This document shows positions 19,542-28,961 of a stretch of DNA of 64,000 bases, in pieces (position 1 is the stretch's first letter; each line of letters starts with the position of its first letter). The stretch is from an uncultured Succinivibrionaceae bacterium (lineage in GTDB: Bacteria; Pseudomonadota; Gammaproteobacteria; Enterobacterales; Succinivibrionaceae), in assembly GCA_949286015.1 (NCBI GenBank), contig CASEBB010000002.1, positions 9,981-73,980 on the forward strand, read 5' to 3'. The position numbers and the translations under genes were made by a program. The notes beneath the pieces were generated by a model. It was given only the letters and a program-made list of their open reading frames with translations, was not told the DNA's origin and ran no database searches.

Positions 19542-20885
19542 TTAGCTGGGCTTAGCTTGCCGTGTAGCCAAAACCGTATTCACAGCAGCTACAGTGCTTT
19601 GTTGTTGCTGCAAAGTGGAGAAAAAGAGCTGGCGCTCAGTAGGCTCGTGAGCGGAGGCGTGCAACGCGTAATTGGACTGCAATACTGTTGCAGCAGGTAC
19701 CTCGTGGCCATAGCGAATGTGGTTGCACAAGGAGTTAAAGAGCTGCACACCCCGAGGCGAATTAACCACGACCATACTGGTGCCACGGAGTGCATACGGG
19801 AACTTTGGTACCAGCTGCTCAATACCCCAGAAGTCACCTAAACTCAGGTCGGACGGTCGATTGAGGTTGGTGTAAGGACAGTGATAGCAGCTTGGCCGTA
19901 GGCTCCAACTTTGGCTATAGGCCACATAAAAGTGGTTTTGCGCTGCTGGTTGTACCAAGCGCTTGGCTTCACCTTGGACTACCACCACAGGCTGTGTCCA
20001 GTTCTTCGTTTGCGGGTGAGGCACCCTAAAGTTAAGGGCCCTAATCGCCCCTAGCTCTGCCGCCGCATCATGGAGATAGCACTTAAAGCTCAGTGGCGAT
20101 GGCACGCCATGGCAGACTAAATCCACTGTAAAAAGTCGTGCTTTAACCTCGGCAGGTTGCGTGGAGCACAGGGCCTTTACACCTGCCACTTCGCAAGGGG
20201 TACCGATAAAGAGCACCTTTTGCCCTTGCTTAAGCAACTCTAAGGTTTGCGCCATTATCTCGTGCTTATTGCTCTGTACGTACTTAGAGCCGCAAAACTG
20301 CACCACTTCCTCTACAGTGCGCGCGATGACGTGCTCGGCTTCTTGGGTTTGCGCATTGAAGCGACAACCGACTACCACCCCACCTGCACGGACAAAGCGG
20401 TGCGCTAAGACAAAGCCGACACCTGTGGTGCTCGAGCCATACAGCGCCTTGAAATCTGGCTTCAGATTCAGTGCAAGGTAGCGTTGCGTGAAACCAGCAT
20501 GCTCCGTATGGCGCTGCTGTGTCCCTTGCGCATTAAGACCTTTGGCTCTCACGGCCTGCGCTAACTTTGCCGGAGCAAACTGCCTTTTCAGCACAGGGCA
20601 GTGCTGAGAGCACTGGCCACAATGAGTGCACTTAGCCTCATCGATCACCGGCTCTAAAAAGCCCTCGCTGTTAGGCTGCATGCTAAGAGCGTGGTCAGAA
20701 CACAGGGCTACGCACGCACTACAACCCGTGCATTGCTGCGCAGCTACAACAGCGGAGATGTTGGCTGCAGACAGCTGTTGCTGCTGTTGTTGCACCTGCC
20801 GCTTCTGCTGTTTATGCTGTGGTTGCAGCTTTTGCTGTTGCCGCCGTTGCTGACGCTTGTGCTGTTGCTTGTGCTTCTTGCTCAT
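19542..20885 (-). CDS. Fe-S protein resembling coenzyme F420 hydrogenase/dehydrogenase beta subunit (FrhB/FdhB-like), with a Q/K/R-rich N-terminus
   Basis: 447 aa. Two ferredoxin-type motifs, CTGCSACVALCS and CTHCGQCSQHCP. The first ~45 aa are KQQHKRQQRRQQQ-type low complexity. The start lies 3 nt after the stop of the upstream pyruvyl transferase. Confidence 0.7.
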   Translation of the reverse strand: MSKKHKQQHKRQQRRQQQKLQPQHKQQKRQVQQQQQQLSAANISAVVAAQQCTGCSACVALCSDHALSMQPNSEGFLEPVIDEAKCTHCGQCSQHCPVLKRQFAPAKLAQAVRAKGLNAQGTQQRHTEHAGFTQRYLALNLKPDFKALYGSSTTGVGFVLAHRFVRAGGVVVGCRFNAQTQEAEHVIARTVEEVVQFCGSKYVQSNKHEIMAQTLELLKQGQKVLFIGTPCEVAGVKALCSTQPAEVKARLFTVDLVCHGVPSPLSFKCYLHDAAAELGAIRALNFRVPHPQTKNWTQPVVVVQGEAKRLVQPAAQNHFYVAYSQSWSLRPSCYHCPYTNLNRPSDLSLGDFWGIEQLVPKFPYALRGTSMVVVNSPRGVQLFNSLCNHIRYGHEVPAATVLQSNYALHASAHEPTERQLFFSTLQQQQSTVAAVNTVLATRQAKPS

Positions 20886-20888
20886 GAC

Positions 20889-22169
20889 CTAATCCTCCAC
20901 AACCTGACGTAAAAGCTGCAGCGAAGGCTCACGTAAAGCGGCTATGCCACTGTTATAACCTGCTGCCAGCTCGCGATTACGCGCTGTGAGCTCCTCACTG
21001 CTCTTACCTTGCAGCTCAGAGATCAAGACGTCTTTGATCCCAAAGACATCCTGCAGCATGGCAAGACGCGGATCGCAGCCATTACGGTAGAAGTACGAGA
21101 ATGGGGTATTGAAGATCAGAGAGAAGACCACACCATGGAAGGAGTTGGTGAGCACCAACTGCGCATGCGCCACAAAGTTCACAAACTCATAGGGCGCAGT
21201 CACAAAGCGTGACTGCCAGCGTAAGTGCAAGCGCTGCATGGTCTGCGCAATACGCGGAGTTGAGACCGTCTCACAAGGGGAGATGTCAAGCACTACCAAG
21301 TTAGGCTGGTGCGTCTGCTCGCGATAGCGGGCAATCAGCTCTAACGCCGCAATCACATCGTCTTCTTGCGTACCGTAGAAGGTGCTAAAGCTGTAGTACA
21401 GGATGTAAGGCTCGTTCTTGACCATAGGCTCAGCGGTCATGACGTGATAGTCAGCGCGGTCAAGAAGAAAGGAGGGGTCTAAGGCCGTAGTTACCGGCCC
21501 CAAAGATGGGGAAAGGTGACAGGAGTTTTGCAGGGTGTCGAGCCATGTTGGCTCACGCAGGCTAATAAGACGGAATTGCTGCCAGCCCTTTACCATGAAA
21601 TCGCGGTAACGCGCAAAGGCTGGATCGCTCGGCAGTGAGGTGCCAAAGCTCGCTGCATAGGCGTAATATCTACAGGCTACCCCCCCCCTAGATACAGAGA
21701 AAGGTGCTAAAAACCCGAAAAACTCCGGCTTGAGCTCAAAACCGTTGGCAAAGCACCAGACCCAATCGGAGCCGACCACGTATTTCATGTTAAGGCCCTG
21801 CTCTACCGAGCTCTTTTGGTCTGTGACGTTGCCTACAGTGGCACGTGGTACGCGCAGCACCATACTGCGGCAGAAGTGCTCAAAGCCGCGCTGACGCGTC
21901 ATCATGATCTTAAAAGCCTCTAAGGCGCGCTTTTTATCAGCGTCGAGATCACCTGTAGGCTGGCTCATGGCGCGATTAGAGTGGCTGCGGCCTCCCAGAT
22001 AGCACTCTAAAGGTTGGGTAGGCACTAAGCCGACAGCAATGGGCTCGCTAGCAGCGGGACGGGCAGCAACCTCCTTGCGCAGAGCAGTGATAAGAGCCCA
22101 TGCTTGCAAGTGAGCGCCGTAATTATCGTTTTGCGTGTGGGCTAGCGTAAGCACGCCAATAGCTTGCAC
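20889..22169 (-). CDS. Polysaccharide pyruvyl transferase family protein
   Basis: 426 aa. N-terminus IGVLTLAHTQNDNYGAHLQ and C-terminal VLTNSFHGVVFSLIFNTPF fit the pyruvyl-transferase family pattern. Confidence 0.75.
   Translation of the reverse strand: MQAIGVLTLAHTQNDNYGAHLQAWALITALRKEVAARPAASEPIAVGLVPTQPLECYLGGRSHSNRAMSQPTGDLDADKKRALEAFKIMMTRQRGFEHFCRSMVLRVPRATVGNVTDQKSSVEQGLNMKYVVGSDWVWCFANGFELKPEFFGFLAPFSVSRGGVACRYYAYAASFGTSLPSDPAFARYRDFMVKGWQQFRLISLREPTWLDTLQNSCHLSPSLGPVTTALDPSFLLDRADYHVMTAEPMVKNEPYILYYSFSTFYGTQEDDVIAALELIARYREQTHQPNLVVLDISPCETVSTPRIAQTMQRLHLRWQSRFVTAPYEFVNFVAHAQLVLTNSFHGVVFSLIFNTPFSYFYRNGCDPRLAMLQDVFGIKDVLISELQGKSSEELTARNRELAAGYNSGIAALREPSLQLLRQVVED
21680..21688 (-). 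repeat. Homopolymeric G9 tract (C9 on plus strand) inside the pyruvyl-transferase CDS
   Basis: Read directly: ggctaCCCCCCCCCtagat. On the coding strand it is tct aGG GGG GGG Gta, encoding S-R-G-G-V. The gene is currently in frame. Confidence 0.95.
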
Positions 22170-22251
22170 AATGACAGTCCTCCATTACGGTTAGTGGACA
22201 CAGTAACAGGAAAAGGAAATGGTGCACAGCACTATGATCAGGTAACGCCTC

Positions 22252-22310
22252 AGTGGTGAGGTGGTAGTGGTAAGGGTAGTGGTGGTAGCAGTAGCAGCAG
22301 CAGCGGTAGC
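22252..22310. repeat. GGT/AGC-rich minisatellite
   Basis: AGTGGTGAGGTGGTAGTGGTAAGGGTAGTGGTGGTAGCAGTAGCAGCAGCAGCGGTAGC is similar in composition to 11423-11509 and likewise lies near a MITE copy. Confidence 0.7.
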
Positions 22311-22452
22311 AAGAGCAGCTTATAGAGGTGCACAGCTCGTTACCACAGTGGCCAATACATGGGGCATAACAACAGGAGGCACTACCCGATCCCCAGCACT
22401 ATCAGGAGCAGCCACCGCACAAGGCCAAGACCACTCTCAGCAGAGCTGCTTT

Positions 22453-22608
22453 GGCGTAAGTGCGCTCATAAGTGACGACTGCAAGCCTAAGTACGGGTAA
22501 CGCCCATACCTCGAGATGAATGGTGCAGGCGAGCCTGAGCCTATCTCTATCTTAGGGGTGGTCACACCAGCTTGCCTTTATTCCGTCATCTCTGAAGTCA
22601 GTTGTTCC
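22453..22608 (+). mobile_element. MITE-like element, subfamily 2
   Basis: GGCGTAAGTGCGCTCATAAGTGACGA...CCTCGAGATGAATGGTGCAGGCGAGCCTGAGCCTATCTCTATCTTAGG...CCGTCATCTCTGAAGTCAGTTGTTCC. TTT lies on both flanks. Confidence 0.85.
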
Positions 22609-22788
22609 TTTGCCTTGTAGCCAGAGCTGCCTTGCCACATCACCACGATGCACAGCGCTATCTTAGCACGCACAGCTGTAGGTGCTGTTGCTGCTGCTCT
22701 TATGGCCAGAGACACCACGCACGTATGGGGCGGGCGCTGGTATTGTGCACACGCTCGGCGCTTATGCTGCCTGCTGGGGCGAGCGCTG

Positions 22789-23715
22789 TTACATGAGACG
22801 GATTAGAGCCACCGCCCCGATAATCAAGACCAAACCCAAGATCTGGGTGAGCTTAACGCGCCTCACCTCAACTTCCCACAGGCCAATGTGATCCATGAAC
22901 ATGGCACAGCACAGCTGCCCCGCCACACCTAAGGTCATAGTGGCACCAGCACCAATCAGAGGTACGAAGATAGCGGCAGCTACAATGTTGGTGGCGCCCA
23001 TAAAGCCGCCAATAAAGATCCAATAGCGCCCCTGCACTTTGATCTTGAGGATGCGCAATGGTGATTGCCCACAGCAGATTGCCACAAGCAGCGCAATGAC
23101 TGCGGTCACGACCATTGAGAGCAATGCGCACAGCAGCACCGAATCGAGCTTTACGCGAAAGATGGCGTTAATCGCGCCTTGAGTGGTCAGCAGCGAACCT
23201 GAGACACAGCCCACTAAGAACCACCCCACCGTCGCTAAGGAGATCTTAGAGCCATGCTTGTGCAGGTAGCTCGGCAAGTTGAGCGCAATGGCCAAGCCGA
23301 TCAGCATCAGCGCCAGAGCAAAGAGACGGCCCACACCAAACTGATGCACCGGTAAGTTAAAAAAGCCACAGGCATCAAAGACTAAGCCCGAGACCATCAT
23401 GCCGGTCATGGTCGAAAGCGAGGTGCCGAGCATGCCGATGTTGGCGCTCAGCAGAATCGCTACGATTAAGATGATCACCCCTAAGGGGCCCGACAAATAC
23501 AACCACCACTCAAGGCTCAGTAAGTAATCAAGTGGGCGGTAAAAGCTCTCTCCCGTGACCACCATTAGCACCGTGAGGATGATGGCACCGATACTACAGT
23601 TGATGCAGGAGGCCAGAAAAGGCGAGCGCAGCTGACGCCTAAGATTACCGTTAGCAGCCGTCTGTAATGGAATCACAAAGCCCGTGATAAAGGCCAGAGC
23701 AAGCAGTACAAACAT
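22789..23715 (-). CDS. Polytopic inner-membrane protein, DMT-superfamily (duplicated YdcZ/DUF606-like)
   Basis: 308 aa with about 10 hydrophobic segments. The two halves are related. N-terminal PLQTAANGNLRRQLRSPFLAS resembles the YdcZ family. Confidence 0.65.
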   Translation of the reverse strand: MFVLLALAFITGFVIPLQTAANGNLRRQLRSPFLASCINCSIGAIILTVLMVVTGESFYRPLDYLLSLEWWLYLSGPLGVIILIVAILLSANIGMLGTSLSTMTGMMVSGLVFDACGFFNLPVHQFGVGRLFALALMLIGLAIALNLPSYLHKHGSKISLATVGWFLVGCVSGSLLTTQGAINAIFRVKLDSVLLCALLSMVVTAVIALLVAICCGQSPLRILKIKVQGRYWIFIGGFMGATNIVAAAIFVPLIGAGATMTLGVAGQLCCAMFMDHIGLWEVEVRRVKLTQILGLVLIIGAVALIRLM

Positions 23716-23917
23716 GACTCTTCCCCCTAACTAAATGCGGGGGCTATTTTATCCCATCTGTCCTGAGCGGTATAGCCAAACCGTGAGTTAGCCGTGGGAG
23801 ATCTTAAGCACGTAGCGGTAGCCTTCCTTTACTACGGACGCCGCCTGTAGCCTCAATTACAAGTACAAGCCGCTCACCGCCAATATAGGCATCTGGCACG
23901 TTGCACCATTAGCGTTG

Positions 23918-24074
23918 GGAAGTAACCTACTTAATAGCTGCTGGACTTTAGGGGCATCAAGGGCAATGTCCTAAGATAGGATTAGACTCACCTGCACCAT
24001 TAAGCTCGAGGTGAGGTGGCCTTGCCATCATCATCATCATCCCCTCTTCCGTCATGTATGAGATCACTCATTCC
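23918..24074 (-). mobile_element. MITE-like element, subfamily 2
   Basis: The reverse complement reads GGAATGAGTGATCTCATACATGACGG...CCTCGAGCTTAATGGTGCAGGTGAGTCTAATCCTATCTTAGG...; closest to copy 45412-45561. It contains an internal (CAT)5 run. Confidence 0.8.
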
Positions 24075-24424
24075 CTGCCACATCAGACGCTTAAACATAC
24101 CCCACTTTAACCACGCCTCTCACTCCGCCTCACCGTCCTGCTCTTTTTAGTCACACTTAGCCCAAAAATGGTTTTAGGTAACAATTTTCATAAAAAACAG
24201 CCTGCGTAATGTGAGCATTGTTGCAAAACAGACCTCTGCACTTAGGCAGAACCGCCTTAGACCGGTAATATGAACAAAGCCCTTATAAAGGGCAATGTAA
24301 ACGTTATCACCAAAGTCGCGGCTTAGCTCTGCTATGAGCACAGCATCCTCAAATTGAGGCACATATAGGTAGGATGTCACTGTAGCCGCCACTTGATTAT
24401 TACGCACCTGCCCCACGGCTTAGG

Positions 24425-25348
24425 TTGCGCGCTATGTTGGGAAATCAAGCGATGTCAGAGCTTAAATACACCCGAGGAGTGCTCGAGAAACGCAACGATA
24501 TCTGGGGTTGGTGCTTCGTCGCCCTCGCTACCATCCTCATCATTGAGTTCGTCTTCTACCCAATGGTGCAGGCCTTTATCCTCTCCCTCTATGGTGGTAC
24601 CGGTAATAACACCCACTTTGCCGGTCTCTATAACTACCAGCGCATGCTCGTAGACTCCACCTTTAAAAAGGCCCTCTTCAACACCTTTATCTACCTCATC
24701 ATCCAAGTCCCGATCATGCTCTTCTTTGCGCTGGTCGTGGCTGTGATGCTCAATGATCGCAAGCTCAAGTTTAAGTCTTTCTTCCGCGTCGCTATCTTCC
24801 TGCCTTGCGTCACCTCGCTGGTGTCCTACTCCCTCATCATGAAGGCCATCTTCGCCAATAACGGTATGTTCAACGCCGTGATGCTCGACTTTGGCATCTT
24901 AGATGAGCCTATCAAGTGGGTCACCGATCCTTTCTGGGCTAAGGTGCTCATCATCATCTCCATTACATGGCGCTGGATCGGCTATAACATGGTCTTCTAC
25001 TTAGCTGGTCTCCAGAATATCGAGCCATCGGTGTATGAGGCCGCCGATATCGATGGTGCGGGCCCTGTAAAGAAGTTCTTTACCATCACCGTTCCCCTGC
25101 TGAAGCCAATCATCCTCTTTACCACCATCACCTCCACCATTGGTACCTTGCAGCTCTTTGATGAAGTGCAAAACATCACTAACGGTGGACCTGCCAACGG
25201 CACGGTAACCATATCGCAGTACATCTACAACCTGTGCTTTAAGTTCACACCAAACTTTGGTTATGCCTGCGCCGTTTCCTTTGTGGTGGTGCTGCTCATT
25301 GTGATTCTGTCTTTAATCCAGTTCCGCTTAGCCCGCGATAAGGACTAA
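24425..25348 (+). CDS. Carbohydrate ABC transporter permease (MalF/UgpA-type)
   Basis: 307 aa with 6 hydrophobic segments. EAA loop YEAADIDGAGPVKKFFTITVPLLKP. The start is uncertain (24425, 24434 or 24452). Confidence 0.88.
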   Translation: MRAMLGNQAMSELKYTRGVLEKRNDIWGWCFVALATILIIEFVFYPMVQAFILSLYGGTGNNTHFAGLYNYQRMLVDSTFKKALFNTFIYLIIQVPIMLFFALVVAVMLNDRKLKFKSFFRVAIFLPCVTSLVSYSLIMKAIFANNGMFNAVMLDFGILDEPIKWVTDPFWAKVLIIISITWRWIGYNMVFYLAGLQNIEPSVYEAADIDGAGPVKKFFTITVPLLKPIILFTTITSTIGTLQLFDEVQNITNGGPANGTVTISQYIYNLCFKFTPNFGYACAVSFVVVLLIVILSLIQFRLARDKD

Positions 25349-25512
25349 AGCACCGAGGTGATTAACACCTAAAGTGGCTAACACCTAAAGCACGCTGTGC
25401 CTCCTAAGCCTAAGCGTTAGGGCGCAGCGCTCCTCAGAGCAGGCTTGCGTGGCTTGCACCACTACCACAACCACTACAAAGGTACTGGCCACGCTTCAAC
25501 AGGATTGATCTC

Positions 25513-26394
25513 ATGGCTATCAAACAGTCCAGCTTTAATCGCTATATGACGGTGCTGCGCTACGGCATCCTCATCGTTGCGACCTTTGTGTCGCTCTTCC
25601 CTTTCGTCTGGATGCTCATCGCCGCCACCAATAACACCGTGGCCATCAATGCCGGTTCCATGACCTTTGGTGACCAGCTCATGGTGAACTTAGGCAACCT
25701 CTTTAACCCAGACTTAGGTTTTGCCCGCGCCATTGTCAACTCTGCGCTGATCGCCCTTGTCACCACCGTCTGTGCGCTGACCGTGTCCTCAGCGGCAGGC
25801 TATGGCTTTGAAATCTTCCGCAGTAAAAAGCGCGACATCGTCTTTGGCATCCTCTTAGTATCGATGATGGTGCCATTTTGCGCCTTAATGATCCCTCTCT
25901 ACCGCTTATTCGGTACCTTTGGCACCTTGGGTTTTGACGATGAGGGCAATCCATTAGCCCCATGGAAGTGGATGGGCCTCGATAGCTACTTTGCTGTGGT
26001 TATCCCGCTGGTGGCTACCGCCTTCTTAATCTTCCTCTTCCGCCAAAACACTAAGGCTTTCCCTAAGGACATCTTAGAAGCAGCACGTATCGACGGCCTC
26101 TCGGAGATTGCTATCTTCTTTAAGGTCTACTTCCCAGTGATGCGCCCAACCTATGCGGCGGCCGCCATTATCACCTTTATGGGCAGCTGGAATAACTTCC
26201 TGTGGCCACTGGTAGCTCTGCAATCGCCAGAGATGCGCACCGTACCACTGGTGCTGTCGAACATGGGCTCCTCCTATACCCCAGATTACGGCATGATCAT
26301 GTGCGGCATCGTGTTCGCCACCTTGCCAACAGCAGCGATCTTCTTCCTGATGCAGAAGTACTTCGTCGCTGGTATGGTGGGCGCCGTCAAGTAG
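25513..26394 (+). CDS. Carbohydrate ABC transporter permease (MalG/UgpE-type)
   Basis: 293 aa. EAA loop LEAARIDGLSEIAIFFKVYFPVMRP. Confidence 0.9.
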   Translation: MAIKQSSFNRYMTVLRYGILIVATFVSLFPFVWMLIAATNNTVAINAGSMTFGDQLMVNLGNLFNPDLGFARAIVNSALIALVTTVCALTVSSAAGYGFEIFRSKKRDIVFGILLVSMMVPFCALMIPLYRLFGTFGTLGFDDEGNPLAPWKWMGLDSYFAVVIPLVATAFLIFLFRQNTKAFPKDILEAARIDGLSEIAIFFKVYFPVMRPTYAAAAIITFMGSWNNFLWPLVALQSPEMRTVPLVLSNMGSSYTPDYGMIMCGIVFATLPTAAIFFLMQKYFVAGMVGAVK

Positions 26395-26477
26395 TAAGCC
26401 CCTGCACCGTCGCACGCGGCCTGTAGGCCATCACTACCACTCCCATCCCCCACTCCCATGATGCTATCAGGCGGCTT

Positions 26478-26575
26478 CAGAGCGACTGACTTAAGAGATG
26501 ACGGATTTGTGGTCAGCATGCATCCCCCATCTCAAGGTGTAGCACGTTGCCATCACTTATGAGATGACTCCGTCC
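26478..26575 (-). mobile_element. MITE-like element, internally deleted copy
   Basis: AGAGCGACTGACTTAAGAGATGACGG...CATCTCAAGGTG...TCACTTATGAGATGACTCCGTCC. Both termini are present and one arm of the central hairpin is missing. Confidence 0.7.
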
Positions 26576-26667
26576 TTAACCCGCGCTACTTACGGCTAAA
26601 CTCCTGAAAAGCACCGCCGTTACTCAAGTTTCCTCTTCTTACCCGAGCACTGTAAGTCACACGAACT

Positions 26668-27789
26668 ATGGCAAGCATTTCCTTAAGACACATCGCCAAG
26701 GTCTACCCTGGCAACATCAGTGTGGTTAAAGACTTTAACCTCGAAATCCAAGACAAAGAATTCGTGGTCTTCGTCGGCCCATCCGGTTGCGGCAAATCCA
26801 CTACTCTGCGCATGATTGCTGGCTTAGAAGACATCAGTGCCGGTGAGCTCTACATCGGTGAGCGCCTTGTCAACGACGTGGCACCAAAAGACCGCAACAT
26901 CGCCATGGTGTTCCAAAACTACGCGCTCTACCCGCACATGACCGTGTACAAGAACATGGCCTATGGTCTGATGCAGCGTAAGATGCCAAAGGACGAGATT
27001 GACCGCCGCATTCGTGCCGCTGCGGAGATCTTAGGCATTACCCCTTACTTAGACCGTAAGCCAAAGGCCCTCTCTGGTGGCCAGCGTCAGCGTGTGGCTT
27101 TAGGCCGCGCCATGGTGCGTGATCCTGATGTGTTCTTATTAGACGAGCCTCTGTCTAACCTCGACGCCAAGCTGCGTACTACCATGCGCTCGGAGATTGC
27201 CAAGCTGCACAAGCGCTTAGGTACGACCTTTATCTACGTGACCCACGACCAGATCGAGGCCATGACCATGGGCGATCGCATTGTGGTCATGAAGGATGGC
27301 GACATCATGCAGGTGGACACCCCGCAGATGCTTTACGACCACCCTAACTCCAAGTTCGTGGCTGGCTTTATTGGCTCGCCACAGATGAACTTCCTTGAGG
27401 TGACCTTAGAGCGCGAGGCAACCTCTCCTACGGGCTTTACTTGCGTGCTGGATGACAAGCACCGCTTTAACGTGCTGCCACGTGAGAACATGCAAGACCT
27501 CGCGGCCTATGAGGGCAAAAAGGTCATTCTGGGCATTCGTCCAGAGCACATCTACACGGGACGTGCGATCCCAGGTGAGCAGGATACGGCTAACCTCAGC
27601 GCACTTATTGACCTCGTAGAGCCAATTGGTTCTGAGGTTTACCTCTTTATTGAGGTGCATGGCGACAAGCTCTGCGCTAAGCTGCCACCAATTACGGGCT
27701 TAACTGAGGGCGAGAACATCAACCTGCAAATTGACCTCAAGCGTCTCTACCTCTTTGATGCGGAGAGCGAAAAGGCCATCTACAACTAA
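26668..27789 (+). CDS. Sugar ABC transporter ATP-binding protein (MalK/UgpC/MsmX family)
   Basis: 373 aa. Walker A GPSGCGKST, signature LSGGQRQR, Walker B VFLLDEPLS, and a C-terminal MalK-type regulatory domain. Confidence 0.95.
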   Translation: MASISLRHIAKVYPGNISVVKDFNLEIQDKEFVVFVGPSGCGKSTTLRMIAGLEDISAGELYIGERLVNDVAPKDRNIAMVFQNYALYPHMTVYKNMAYGLMQRKMPKDEIDRRIRAAAEILGITPYLDRKPKALSGGQRQRVALGRAMVRDPDVFLLDEPLSNLDAKLRTTMRSEIAKLHKRLGTTFIYVTHDQIEAMTMGDRIVVMKDGDIMQVDTPQMLYDHPNSKFVAGFIGSPQMNFLEVTLEREATSPTGFTCVLDDKHRFNVLPRENMQDLAAYEGKKVILGIRPEHIYTGRAIPGEQDTANLSALIDLVEPIGSEVYLFIEVHGDKLCAKLPPITGLTEGENINLQIDLKRLYLFDAESEKAIYN

Positions 27790-27903
27790 GGCCAGCTCGC
27801 TCCCTGCCCAGCACCGCTCTGCACTGCAATGCACCGCACTGCATGCACTGCACAGCTACCGCTCCCGCGACTTAGCAGGGCGCACACGATAATCATTCTC
27901 AAG

Positions 27904-27926
27904 GGCCTGTAAGTACAGGCCTTTTT
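27904..27926 (+). terminator. Rho-independent terminator after the ABC ATPase gene
   Basis: GGCCTGT-AAGT-ACAGGCC followed by TTTTT. Confidence 0.8.
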
Positions 27927-28701
27927 CGTTGGTGCAGACTGCTTTACGCCCTGCACGGCTCTTAACGTAAGCGCTTACAAAGCATATTTCCCTGTGCCTA
28001 TCAGCAAAGGCACGCCTTTTACCACATTTTGCCTGTGCGTGCACCGTGCACGTGCAAAATTACCGTGCGATTTTGCATCTTTTCAGAACTCATCACGATT
28101 TTACTTGCGGGGCATAGCGTTCTTAACACTGGATATCTATAATGCAGATGGGATAACAATTGGTACACAACATAAGATCCCTTCCTTATTGCCGTTAGCG
28201 CTTACAGTTAGCTTACGTGGTGTTGTGCTTAAACCCCGAGGCTAGGTGCACGCTCTGACCAAGAAGTGCATGCAGTAAAGAATGTGTCTGGCCACCGCCA
28301 CGCAAAGCGCGGTATAACCTTGCACGTATAGCCTCTGCCCCGCCGCTTAAGGTAAGGCTCCGCCCCCGTCGGCACTTTGGCGCCGTGGTTGTGGGGTAAA
28401 GAAGAGTCTGAGCCCCTGTACTTACGTCTTAAGTGCTATCAGCTCTGATGCTGAGCTGATAAGCAAGTGCAGAGAGCACCTACAGAGCAGAGACGCCGTA
28501 GGGTAAGGTGCGCTCTAGGGTAAGCCGCACCGTGCTCAAGACATAACTGCAGCACTGATAAGACTACAGTAAAAGCCTCTAAGATAGGGGCGCTCCAGAG
28601 CAAGCCACAGCTGCAAAGCTGTGGGCAGGTACGAACTGTAGGCGTCAAGAACGCATAAGCTTAAGGTTAAGCTTAAGGAAGGGCCGCACAGGAGTTTCAC
28701 T

Positions 28702-28836
28702 ATGAGACGTAGCCCCCACATGGCTAAGCATGGCATTACCATTCGCCGTTCACGTCGTCGCCGCTTACAGTTAAAGGCCATTCACCGTGCGCAGAACAAG
28801 CGCCGTTTAATCTACTTCCGCCAAGAGAATCTCTAG
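28702..28836 (+). CDS. Candidate small, highly basic ORF (44 aa), function unknown
   Basis: Not in the ORF track (under 60 aa). Hand translation: MRRSPHMAKHGITIRRSRRRRLQLKAIHRAQNKRRLIYFRQENL. AGGAG lies 7 nt upstream of the ATG. A terminator-like hairpin lies 100 nt downstream. Confidence 0.25.
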   Translation: MRRSPHMAKHGITIRRSRRRRLQLKAIHRAQNKRRLIYFRQENL

Positions 28837-28935
28837 GACGAACCCTCAAGGAGAAACCCCTAAGAGGTTCTGAGCGGGCACAGAGAAGCACTCACCGCTG
28901 CTGCTTGTAAGGTAGCAGCTGAGGATCTCTGCCGA

Positions 28936-28961
28936 GGGCGCCATGAGGCGCCCTTTGTGTT
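28936..28961 (+). terminator. Rho-independent terminator-like hairpin
   Basis: GGGCGCC-ATGA-GGCGCCC followed by TTTGTGTT. Confidence 0.6.

Noticed and set aside
28081-28143. Sigma-70 promoter using the perfect TATAAT at 28138-28143
   Set aside because: No acceptable -35 hexamer lies at 16-18 nt (best TAGCGT), and there is no TG extension. It is kept only as a remark inside the gap finding.
28500-28540. RNase P RNA-like segment (GGTAAGGTGCG...CGCACC)
   Set aside because: The universally conserved GAGGAAAGTCCGGGC and ACAGAACCCGGCTTA blocks are absent on both strands of the surrounding region. Conserved tmRNA, SRP RNA and tRNA T-arm words were also sought in the large spacers and not found.
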